From Tubiluchus corallicola (Eukaryota > Animalia > Priapulida), in assembly GCA_030141605.1 (NCBI GenBank), contig JAQGDQ010000837.1, forward strand, positions 25,561 to 89,560: DNA of 64,000 nucleotides, in the 5' to 3' direction. The notes under the pieces were generated by a model. The model had not been told where the DNA came from. It did not search any database and saw only the letters and a list, made by a program, of their open reading frames with translations. The position numbers were made by a program, and so were the translations under genes. Each line of letters opens with the position of its first letter. Position 1 is the first letter of the stretch. Shown here piece by piece: positions 1 to 12,800 of this stretch.

Positions 1-240
1 TTACAGTTTAGTACAAACCTTGCGTCGAGTGACTGAAAATGACTGTTTACAGTTACGACATTACAGTTTAACACAAACCTTGTGTCGAGTGACTGAAAAT
101 GACTGTTTACAGTTACGACATTACAGTTTAACACAAACCTTGCGTCGAGTGACTGAAAATGACTGTTTACAGTTACGACATTACAGTTTAACACAAACCT
201 TGCGTCGTGTGACTGAAAATGACTGTTTACAGTTACGACA
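1..240. repeat. 60-bp tandem repeat of RABEP1 exon end plus donor (truncated by window edge)
   Basis: Four near-identical 60-nt units. Confidence 0.95.
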
Positions 241-309
241 CTCCTCAGCATCTTCCTCATGCTCCCAGCGCACCTGCGTGTTCACCTGCCGTATCGACTC
301 CAGCTGCAT
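199..309 (-). CDS. RABEP1: RABEP1 exon (start of FYVE domain)
   Basis: MQLESIRQVNTQVRWEHEEDAEECRNCKQSFSVTRRK|gtttgt. Confidence 0.9.
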
Positions 310-3300
310 CTGATAAATAATAAGCTTATTAGGAAAACAGTCATTAGCCTATAAAATTTGCGAATGACAAGACAATTAAAATCGAAGATCGTTTCAAAAT
401 GTGACAAACAATTATAAAATTTTGAAGTTTGTTACAATAATACACTCAAAATTTCGTTTTTTGTCAAGAACACTAAGGCGCTATTACACTTTCGCACCGC
501 CTAGCTTTTCCTGGCCTATTGGTTCTTTTCATGCCTGCAGGCCAGAAAGCAGACCAACAGGGGTAATATACACCATATTCCCATAATATTAGTGCTTTTT
601 ACGCTTTATAATTCCAGATTAAAATCATACATTACTTATCGCCGCCATTAAAAGCTGCAAGTGAATAACCGTGTTTACACCACTAATGCGCAATCGCTCT
701 CGCGCAGTGACGTAGTGGCCCTTAACCTGTATTTTTAGTTTTTTTGCATAATTTATGATTATTATGGTTGCAGCCACGGGAGTTTGTATCATATTACAGT
801 GTTCCCACATATTAGATTATAAAAGTAAAGGTTTTTTCTTTATTTCGTAAATGCAATTAAGATGAAAGTGTGTCACGTGCCTTTTAAGCTAGGCCCTGAT
901 AATGCATAAACTAGTACGAAATTCGTCACGTGACTACACACACAAACAAGATGGCGATACTGTGTAGAACTGTGAATACAGCGTAATTATTGGTAATTAT
1001 ACCTAAATAAATGATTAAATTACAATTAGATTAGCGGAAACATTCACTGATGACGTAAGAATAATAGAATAATGACCTACGGGCCTAGAAACGAGTAATA
1101 ACCTAGGAAAAGCTAGGCGGTGCGAAAGTGTAATAGCGCCGAACAGTAATTAAAAAGTGAAATATACACGATCTTGAATTCCCCACAGTGGTAGAAATTT
1201 ACAGCTAAATTCAATTCGAATTTTTTTGTTCCCAAACTTAAGGCAATCACATAACTGTCACAATAAGATTAAAATTATTGCAAGTGGAATCGTACAGCAA
1301 ACTCCACGTAACTCAAATCCAAGGATCCGAAAAAACCGAGTTACGCGATATTTTGAGTTAAGCGATGTTGGAAATTTTCCAGGATAGATACTCTAATAAA
1401 TAATAATAATAATAATCTTTTTATTTATCTTGTAACACACGCACAGTTATAATACAATTAATTTGGAAACAAAAATGTGAAGAAAGGGCAGCGAAAGACC
1501 AATTGGTCATCTAGTCAGCTGCCCTTTGGTTAGTGATGAACATTTTTGATAGGCGCTATGCTACAGTGTATTACGGTTAGTACTGCTTATAATAAAGATT
1601 TAATTGTTACGAATGACATTAAATTGATGTGCTTATAACGCGTTAATACAATTCATAACACAGTAATAATAAGTGCATAATAAAAAAAATCAAACTGAAA
1701 TAAAACTGAACTGAATTTAAGAACTGAAATAAGATCTAAACCCCTCCTCCGGAAGGCAGAAAGTCAACCCTTCTATACATAAACGACGATATTTCACGAC
1801 AATTACATAAAAAATAAGAGATTACATAGAGATACACGACTTTTTTATGTTACAAAAAGACACGTACACAACACTATTAAACTACATACCAGTGTCTTAC
1901 GTACTGCAGTTCAGTTTATGAATGCGTAGTTCAATTATTTACACACATTTTCAGTTAGTCAACATGAATTACCTGCATTTTGCCTAAATGGGCCTTAATA
2001 ATTATTTTGGTTAGGCGAAATTTTTAGCTAAGCGACATTTTTTTGTGGGAAAAACGAAGGATTTCATCCGTTCTGCTGAAATTCGAAAATTTGAGTTATG
2101 CGATTTTGAGTTACGTGGAGATTACTGTAGTTAATTTTTTTAGAATTTTTGACCAACATAACTGTGAAAGTCATTTTTGAAGTTGTTCAGTCACTTTGTT
2201 ACGCTCGAGTTTAGACACAGAGAAGTATGGATAGGAATCAAAAATCTATAATATACATTTGCACTGCACATAACAGAAATGTGTTTATTTAGTGTTTATA
2301 GAGAAAACATGAGTAGCAAAACTGCTGCACTGAACATTGAGCAAAAACTAGAAAGCAAAAAACAGTCAGTAAAACCTGTTTCACAGCCAGTATACAGGCA
2401 TAGAACTTGACCTATGCAGAGTTGCACAGGCTTCACAACAACCAGGGAGAGGACCAGTGTGTATGTAGTCACTGGATCATACAATTATACTGAAGGTAAG
2501 TCAGCTGGTAGAATGTAACAAGATTAGCACATAGATGGCAGCACCTAATTACAATTTACAATTCCAACTTCCACAATAACAATGAAACCTTAGTACTTTT
2601 AAGCTAGTCAGTTATGAACCATCACATTTTCTACTGGATATGTCACCCTAATCACAAGTAGTTATTATTCAGCATGTGAAAACGATTTTCATCTTGCAAA
2701 TGATCTTGCGAAAGAGATTACAGGTAAACACGTCTTACCTGCAAGTTTTGAGAGAGTTTGACGAAATCTCGTTGTACGGCTTCACTGTTGTCAAGGTCAA
2801 CTTGCATAGATGATAATTTCGCTTTCATCTGAGCCAGTTCTTGCTCTAATCTCGTCTGCAAATTCATTTATAATTACATGTAATTAACTCCTTCATGACC
2901 GCACCATTCAAAATAGGTGTTATTAGACGTATGACTTTTCTGCTACTGTATGGCACAGACATGACTAAATGATTACAAATTAGGTACTGTTCTATTCAGG
3001 AGAATATTGGCTATCCAATCATACTATTTGTTTAAACATTCATGAGTGATTTAATTGGATAAAATTAAGAAAAACATGTTCTTTTTAGGCATCCCAACTT
3101 GGCCTATTGAGTAGTTTGGTCTGGTGTACACTTGTGTGATCGTACACACTAATTTATTGATCGCCCGCTTGCTACAGCGAAAGAGAACAATCTTTTAACA
3201 GGAATATCTCCTTAAAAATAGAGTAGACTTGAGGCGAAAGTGTAAAAATTAAGCAGCTGTGAACCTGGTCAGTAAATGGATAAGTGATTATCATTGTCTG

Positions 3301-3643
3301 TTGTTCAGCTAATTTTTTGTTGGGAATTACATCCAAACAAGTCAAAGTCATTTTTACAGGCTCAGCGTCTCATATATATGTATATATTTTAGTATTAATA
3401 AATTTTAGAAAATTGTTATCAATGTCAGCTAAGAAGCATAGCTAATGTAAGTCGTTAAATATGAAATGTGAATACTATTAACTGTTATAGCCCCGCAAAT
3501 AGAGGGCGCATGTATATATGCATCTGTTTGCATGCTCAAAATAAAGAGTTATAATAATAATAAATAACTGCCTGACGTTTTTAAGAAACCCATTGTAATA
3601 ATAATAAAAAATGGAACAATTGGAACAACAAATTGGAATAGTA

Positions 3644-3675
<32 letters not shown>

Positions 3676-3710
3676 GGAACCCAATAATAAATATTATTAT
3701 TACAATTATT

Positions 3711-3741
<31 letters not shown>

Positions 3742-3814
3742 CCATCATTATCATTAACATTGCCATTACCATTACCATCATTATCATTATCATTACTATT
3801 ACTGTTATTATTAA

Positions 3815-3847
<33 letters not shown>

Positions 3848-6800
3848 CATTATCATTATCATTACCATTACCATTACCACATTACCATTATCATTATCAT
3901 TATCATTATCATTATCATTATCATTATCATTATCATTATCATTACCATTATCATTATCATTATCATTATCATTATCATTATCATTACCATTACCATTATC
4001 ATTACCATTACCATTATCACATTATCATTGTCATTGTCATTATCATTATCATTATCATTATCATTATCATTATCATTATCATTATCATTATCATTATCAT
4101 TATCATTATCATTATCATTATCATTATCATTATCATTATCATTACCATTACCATTACCATTACCATTATCATTATCATTACCACATTATCATTATCATTA
4201 TCATTATCATTACCATTACCATTACCATTACCATTACCATTACCATTACCATTACCATTACCATTACCATTACCATTACCATTACCATTACCATTACCAT
4301 TACCATTACCATTACCATTACCATTACCACATTATCATTATCATTGTCATTATCATTATCATTACCATTACCATTATCATTATCATTATCATTACCATTA
4401 CCATTATCATTACTATTACTATTACTATTACTATTACTATTACTATTACTATTACTATTACTATTACTATTACTATTACTATTACTGTTACTATTACTAT
4501 TATCATTAGCATTACTATTATCATTATCATTGCCATTGCCGTTGCCAATATCATTACCATTATCATTATCATTATTACTATTATTATTATTATTATTTGC
4601 AACGAACTGGGAGATTATGATTCAGCTAAACAGGCACCAAACACTAGGAAAACAGAAGTGGAAGAGGAAATATGCTTAATGCTCAAAATAAAGAGTTCTA
4701 ATTATAATACTAACGATTCCTCGGTTGCATTGTGTTGCAAAGTTGACCTAAGCCCGCCTTTAAAAACGCACAATTATCACTTCTTACAAACGCACAATTA
4801 TCACTTCTTACAAACGCACAATTATCACTTCTTACAAACGCACAATTATCACTTCTTACCCGTGTTTGATTCTGTTCCTCTAGTTGCGACTGCAAAGCTT
4901 GAATGATCTGCCTGCTCTTCGCCTGGATGTTTTTCTTTGACGTTTCGGCTTCGCGTACGTGATGTTCGAGTTCCCCCTTCTGCGTCTGAACTCTTTCCAG
5001 CTCAGTTTGAAGACTTGATGTTATGCCTAGATGAACGTTAATCATAACTTTTATATACACTGAAACCTCGACTTACGAAAACCCTATTACACGTAACGAA
5101 AAAATATTCAGGATACGAAAACGAAAATCAAAAGTGCCGCTCGACGGCGGTCCTCCCAGAATGCATTTCGTAGCATCACGTGAATGCATTGTTGTGTTCT
5201 TATCTCACGTGAATGCATTGTTCTGCTCTTATCTCACGTGAATGCATTGTTGTGCTCTTATCTCACGTGAACGCATTGTTCTGCTCTTATCCCACGTGAA
5301 TGCATTGTTGTGCCCTTATCTCACGTGAATGCATTGTTGTGTTCTTATCTCACGTGAATGCATTGTTGTGCTCTTATCTCACGTGAATGCATTGTTGTGC
5401 TCTTATCTCACGTGAATGCATTGTTGTGCTCTTATCTCACGCGAATGCATTGTTGTGCTCTTATCTCACGTGAATGCATTGTTGTGTTCTTATCTCACGT
5501 GAATGCATTGTTCTGCTCTTATCTCACGTGAATGCATTGTTGTGTTCTTATCTCACGTGAATGCATTGTTCTGCTCTTATCTCACGTGAATGCATTGTTG
5601 TGTTCTTATCTCACGTGAATGCATTGTTCTGCTCTTATCTCACGTGAATGCATTGTTGTGTTCTTATCTCACGTGAATGCATTGTTGTGCTCTTATCTCA
5701 CGTGAATGCATTGTTGTGCTCTTATCTCACGTGAATGCATTGTTGTGTTCTTATCTCACGTGAATGCATTGTTCTGCTCTTATCTCACGTGAATGCATTG
5801 TTGTGTTCTTATCTCACGTGAATGCATTGTTCTGCTCTTATCTCACGTGAATGCATTGTTGTGTTCTTATCTCACGTGAATGCATTGTTCTGCTCTTATC
5901 TCACGTGAATGCATTGTTGTGTTCTTATCTCACGTGAATGCATTGTTGTGCTCTTATCTCACGTGAATGCATTGTTGTGTTCTTATCTCACGTGAATGCA
6001 TTGTTGTGCTCTTATCTCACGTGAATGCATTGTTGTGTTCTTATCTCACGTGAATGCATTGTTCTGCTCTTATCTCACGTGAATGCATTGTTGTGTTCTT
6101 ATCTCACGTGAATGCATTGTTCTGCTCTTATCTCACGTGAATGCATTGTTGTGCTCTTATCTCACGTGAATGCATTGTTGTGTTCTTATCTCACGTGAAT
6201 GCATTGTTCTGCTCTTATCTCACGTGAATGCATTGTTGTGTTCTTATCTCACGTGAATGCCTTGTTCTGCTCTTATCTCACGTGAATGCATTGTTGTGTT
6301 CTTATCTCACGTGAATGCATTGTTCTGCTCTTATCTCACGTGAATGCATTGTTGTGCTCTTATCTCACGTGAACGCATTGTTCTGCTCTTATCTCACGTG
6401 AACGTTTTGTTGTGTTCTTACCTCACGTGAATGCATTGTTGTGTTCTTATCTCAAGTGAATGCATTGTTCTGCTCTTATCTCACGTGAATGCATTGTTGT
6501 GTTCTTATCTCACGTGAATGCATTGTTCTGCTCTTATCTCACTTGAATGCATTGTTGTGTTCTTATCTCACGTGAATGCATTGTTCTGCTCTTATCTCAC
6601 TTGAATGCATTGTTGTGTTCTTACCTCACGTGAATGCATTGTTGTGCTCTTATCTCACGTGAATGCATTGTTCTGCTCTTATCTCACGTGAACGCGTTAT
6701 TGTGCTCTTATCTCACCTGAATGCAATCAATAACCATGGGTCTGAGAAAAGCAAGTGCCAGTGGTAGTGTTAAGAAGAAAAGGTTGATGTCGATGGAAAC

Positions 6801-9800
6801 AAAACTTGAAATTATAGCTACATATGAAAGTGGCATGAGTTTAAGCACTATCTCAGGGGAGTATGAGCGAAACCTTTCGACGATCGATTATTAATGAACA
6901 TATATCTTTCAGGTGGGTACAAAATTTACACTTTACACGACTGTTTTTCGGGTGGTGGGTGTGGTGGAACGAATTACGCTATTTAATGGGTAAATCTTGT
7001 CTCGTAATACGAAAATTCTAAGATACAAAAGCCCCTCCGAAACGAATTAATTTTGTATCTCTCGATATTTCTGTATAATTAAGATTTCCATGTTCTGTGG
7101 TTTGATCAGTTTTTAGCCTTTCCTTTCGTATTTTGGAGGCCACTCATTTCTTGACACCTCTTACAAGATAACTTGTTTCAACCTTTACTAGTACAATCAA
7201 CCTCGGGTATAAGGTACTCGCTTATAAGGGACCACCAACACTGGTCCCGATTTTTTGTAACGTTTTTCCTATGTAAAAATTTCTGTATATAAGATACTGG
7301 GATATAAGAGGCTTTTGCTTAAAAGGGACGATATCTTCAGGTCCCACGAAATAGAAACTCAGGTAAATTACTTTGCATCTAAGGGACGATATCTTCAGCT
7401 CCCACGAAATAGAAACTCAGGTAAATTACTTTGCATCTAAGGGACGATATCTTCAGGTCCCACGAAAGAGAAACCCAGGTAAATTACTTTGCATCTTAGG
7501 GACGATATCTTCAGGTCCCACGAAAGAGAAACCCAGGTAAATTACTTTGCATCTAAGGGACGATATCTTCAGGTCCCACGTAATAGAAACTCAGGTAAAT
7601 TACTTTGCATCTAAGGGACGATATCTTCAGGTCCCACGAAATAGAAACTCAGGTAAATTACTTTGCATCTAAGGGATGATATCTTCAGGTCCCACAAAAT
7701 AGAAACTCAGGTAAATTACTTTGCATCTAAGGGACGATATCTTCAGGTCCCACAAAATAGAAACTCAGGTAAATTACTTTGCATCTAAGGGATGATATCT
7801 TCAGGTCCCACAAAATAGAAACTTAAGGGACGATATCTTCAGGTCCCACGTAATAGAAACTCAGGTAAATTACTTTGCATCTAAGGGACCCTACGAATGA
7901 CCCCATCAAAGCGAAATTGATCGATTTTTAACCTCAATTTTTCGCAAACTCAGCCTTCGAACAGCTCGGTTTCTGCAGTCACATACATCTCGCATCAGGA
8001 GCTTCCTACATACCGTTTGCAATGAATGTGTAGCAATAATCCATAAAAATATGTGTACAGAAAAGTACAGGTATACATACACCCTCGGTCTAACTCGACT
8101 TCGGCTATAGGGACGGTTTTTTCCGGGTGCCGAGGTGTCTCTTATATCCGAGGTTGACTGTAATGCTTTTATTAAAGTCATACCTAACTGCTGTCGCAAA
8201 TTGTCTACTTCTTGGGTCAAATCATCTTCGATGGTGTTCTTTGCATGTTGCTCGGCCATTACCTGGTCTTTGAGAAACAGAATTTCGCTTCGCAACGTTT
8301 CCTCCAGGTGCTCTTTTGCCACTTTCTCCGTTATAATCTCCTCGTTACGTTTCAGCAAGAGGTACTGTAAGTCCTGCAAGACAGAGATTATCACTCAGGA
8401 AAAGCGACGTTGACAAATTAGGCGAAAAATTAAAGGACAAGGCTTATTAAATGCAAAAATGAAAATGAATATCAGTTTGCTTAAAGGACAAGAAAAGGCC
8501 AAGTTAAAGCAAGTCTCACAAAATTTTCGCTAAAGAATTCTAACGGTTAGAGACAATCTTAAGCGTTTATCATTCTCACGTTAAAAGAATTTCCTGTTTG
8601 TTTTCATTTTAAATACTCCCGCGAGACTGTCACGGCGGCGCCATATTAGATGGCGTCACAGAACCACAACCCAAATCTTTATAGTACACGTGCTCAGAAC
8701 TCACTGCGACTGTGTTCGAGTGACGTCATGCCACGTGATCAGTCACATGCTGGCTTTTCAATTGGCGGACTAAATGAAACATGTCTGCGCCAACGTTTAC
8801 TGCAGCGGTTGAAATATTTTACAAAAAATTGAGTAAATGCGAAAACGTGAGTACTTTATTCGCTAAAGATTATACTTAGGTGGTATAATTTTTTATTGCG
8901 AATTTTCTGAGGCTTACTTTGGTTGGCCATTTTCTTGTCCTTTAAAATGCTGAGACTTCCCAACAGGTGTGAAAGGCTAGCAAAAACTTCTGCATCGTCT
9001 CTGTTTAGTAACATCTGCTACATTTTGCAACTGTCGATATTTTCTCCTCTTAGTCTTTAAAATGTTAAAGATCCCCCATATTGCATATTGCATAGTGGAT
9101 ACTGTCATTAGCTGACAAGCCACTGACACAGCAGTGTCTAGTTTTTCTGCTGGATTAGTGCTGTTTTTGCCTGCCTAGTGTCTACAGTAGATGTACCAGG
9201 CATATGATGGTGACGACGACGATGATGATGATGATGATGACATTACTGTCTTTTATTATCCTTCAATGGATGTGTAGTTTTACGTCTAAACTTTTATATT
9301 ACAATGATAATAATTTCTTAAACCAAAACGATACCCAATGTTAAACTGCAGGTCAAAACAGCCGATGTTAAAAATATTGAAAGGAAACATACTATTTTTT
9401 GAAAAATGTGAAAGAATTATCACCACACAAACGGAATTTCACGTTTGCACCACTAGTTCTTTGCTGTTACATGCCATTCGCCATTCGCTAGTTAGACTGG
9501 CACTTATCTGCATTTCGGAAATGCAATGCACATAAAGCAGGTGCTGCACTTCTCAATTCGCATGTGTTAGTTTGTGACGAATTACTTGATGAGAAAACTC
9601 CCTTTTGTGAACGCGCCATTACAAGCACCCTTTTGTGAACGTGCCATTACAAGCACCCTTTTGTGAATGCGCCATTACAAGCACCCTTTTGTGAACGCAC
9701 CATTACAAGCACCCTTTTGTGAACATGCCATTACAAGCACCCTTTTGTGAACGTGCCATTACAAGCACCCTTTTTTGAACGTGCCATTACAAGCACCCTT

Positions 9801-12800
9801 TTGTGAACGTGCCATTACAAGCACCCTTTTTTGAACGTGCCATTACAAGCACCCTTTTGTGAACGTGCCATTACAAGCACCCTTTTGTGAACGTGCCATT
9901 ACAGGCACCCTTTTGTGAACGCGCCATTACAAGCACCCTTTTGTGAACGCGCCATTACAAGCACCCTTTTGTGAACGCGCCATTACAAGCACCCTTTTGT
10001 GAACGCGGCATTACAAGCAGCCAATCATCATTCTCACCTCAAGACTCTCTGGAAGGCTAATACTTTCATTCTGCATCTGAGCCGCAGTCGCCGAATGTTT
10101 TCCGACAAGACTGTCGTTTTCTTTCTGCAACCTCGTTAGCTGCAATAAACTACTTATTATATTAACACATTATTCAGCTGTTATCCTACCAAAATAATAG
10201 ACAAACAAACAGACAAACAAACACAAATTTGTCTCCCGCAAGAGCAAAAGTTAAATAATAAAACATTGTTACACTCGTATCTCGGTTTGCCTGATAAAAG
10301 CGGGGAGACCTCGGTCCGAATTTGCTGATTGTCGGTATTTTCCGATAATGAGCTAATAGAGCTAATACAGTAGGCATCGTGTATTTGGCTCACGGTAATG
10401 TAGAATCAATTGCCAAATTGTCTCAAAAATATCTAGTACGGCCCGCTTCTGTGCAAAAGTATGCAAAAACTGTCAGCAATTGACTCTAAACCACTTACAC
10501 ACCGGCTGATTAAACCACTAAACACGCTGATATACAAGCTACATGTTACACGCTGCTTGGATGTAAACAAAGCAATGAACCGCCAACTAGCGGTCAGCTC
10601 GCGAAACGACTGTGTCCGTAGTATGTGGGACTTTCAAACGGTCCAGATTTTTCTGAATTTTCCAATGTCCGGTCCAGTAAACCGAGATACGACTGCATTC
10701 ACTACTTTTCTGAAGCGAGGTACATAAATATTGTCGCCTGCTTTTCCTTGACAAATAACCCCTCTTTCCCAAATTTTATTCAAACATGCACATTTTTAGA
10801 CGAACCAGTGCAAGCACACAACCAATTTAACATTAACGTCAACGTTAATCCTTTGACAAACTACGCGTCCATTTTGTTTACCCCATTGAAGAAGTTCTGT
10901 GGCTGCTTGCAGAAATTTGCATTCGAATTTAAAGACAAAACTCTCTCAATAAAGAAATACACAAAACCCCATCAGATGAATGCAGAGATCAGGAGAAAGG
11001 GGAGTAGGAACATTTGTTGAACCTCAGATCACGTATTATTTAAAATGCACTATTAGCACTTACTGGTGATTGGAAAATTTTGATTGGCGATCTTAAGAAA
11101 GTCTACGTGACGCAAACGAAACCCGTCATGTCGTAGGTTAGTCACAGTGTAAACTTATTAACTACGGCCAAATCACGTTGAAAACACCGGTTCTCGTCTG
11201 ATCACCGAAGCTAAGCAACATAGAGCCTGGTTAGTACTTGGATGGGTAACCGCCTAGGAATACCAGGTGCTGTAGGCTTGCGGGATGCCCACACTGTTTC
11301 TTGACACTAGGCGGAGGAGCTGCACAAGCAGCCAACAGCTAGAGGGCGGAGGAAGTCAAGTGACCCAATGGCCATGTGTAGAGGAGTAAACCTTCCAAAT
11401 CATGAGTGGAGCCAGTGTGCTCACTGACTCCGGCAGCTCCTGCAGCCAACCTGGTGCCAAACGTATCGCTCCGCTTTCCTTTGGACTACACCAGCGAGGA
11501 AGAGAGGGGGTTCCTGTTGTCTGGGCAACCCAGGATCTCCATACACCTTGCCCAGGCGTGCACCCTGGAGACGTTCAAAGATCGCACTGCTCAGCCACAG
11601 TCGACGCTGCAGCTCCATCAATGTGATCAATAACTAACTCTCTTGGCGCACACTCCATCGTCTTCCGAGACAGAAGGATGCCAACCAAACTTGAATTTAC
11701 TGAAATTCGGACAAAATCTTTGCTTACCTCTTCGTTAACGTGCATTCGATCCTCGGTCAACATTTTCTGTAAAATTAATCCGAACATTAAAACACAAGAA
11801 AACACTCTTCATAAATAAAGCTTAAACAACTGCGGAAATTATGTATCACTTACATGCTGTCTTATTGCATACAAAGCTTGCATTAGCAGTAACCACGTAA
11901 AAAAACTTGCACAGTTAAATATCAACTGCAGCCTGTACACTAAATTTAACTGAGAAACACACTCAAGCACCATTAATGACTAAATGAAATACCAATTGTT
12001 GAAGAAGATTTTCTGTCGTCTCTGCATGTTCCTGCTTTAGATCGGTGAACGATTTCTCCATCTCGTTCAACTTTTCCATCATTGCCGATATCTAAATGAG
12101 AATTTGAGTCATACAGTCAAGAGCAAAATATACGAATTTAACCAATTCACTCTTACAGCAAAATAATAAAAATGGCTGAAACATTTTAATAATACAGCAA
12201 CTGATATCGTTTTTTTGCATATTGTGAATATGGAGTTACATTACGTGCAGGGTGGTACATGACCTTTAACTAAGGAGGTACAAAAGAAAACAAAAAGTCA
12301 AAATACAGAACAATTTACTATATCAAAAGATTGCTGAAAAAACAGAGAATCTATCACGTCTTCAAAATTTAATGTGTAAGTCTCAAGCATCTCATTCAGT
12401 CTGCAATCATTTTTTGCCTTCACTTGCGATTTCGCCAATGTCATCACACCAATTTTTTCACGTTGATTTTTTCCTAGTTTTCACCACCGTTTTTACCTGT
12501 ATTTTTACCTGTTTTTCACCCGTGTTTTTACCTGGTTTTCACCTGGGTTTTACCTGGTTTTCACATGGTTTTTGCCCATGTTTTTACCTAGTTTTCACCT
12601 GGTTTTCACCCGTGTTTTTACCTGGTTTTCACCTGTATCTTACCTGGTTTTCACCCGTGTTTTCACCTGGTTTAAACCCGTGTTTTACCAGGTTTTCATC
12701 TGGTTTTCACCAGTGTTTTTACCTGGTTTAAACCTGTGTTTTACCGGGTTTTCATCTGGCTTTCACCAGTGTACCTGGTTTAAACCTGTGTTTTACCGGG

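Noticed and set aside
3478-4906. Long low-complexity ORFs (also 41112-42013 and 62519-63528, including polyQ/polyA-like frames)
   Set aside because: Artefacts of microsatellites inside introns.
6736-6894. Active transposase gene
   Set aside because: Only about 52 codons of the N-terminal HTH; no DDE domain.
11161-11279. Functional 5S rRNA genes (also at 43872 and 61653)
   Set aside because: Dispersed, mutually diverged, no oligo-T terminator, and always fused to the same body.
11402-11633. Conserved small ORF in the SINE body
   Set aside because: Starts differ among copies and an indel is present; the similarity is explained by nucleotide identity.
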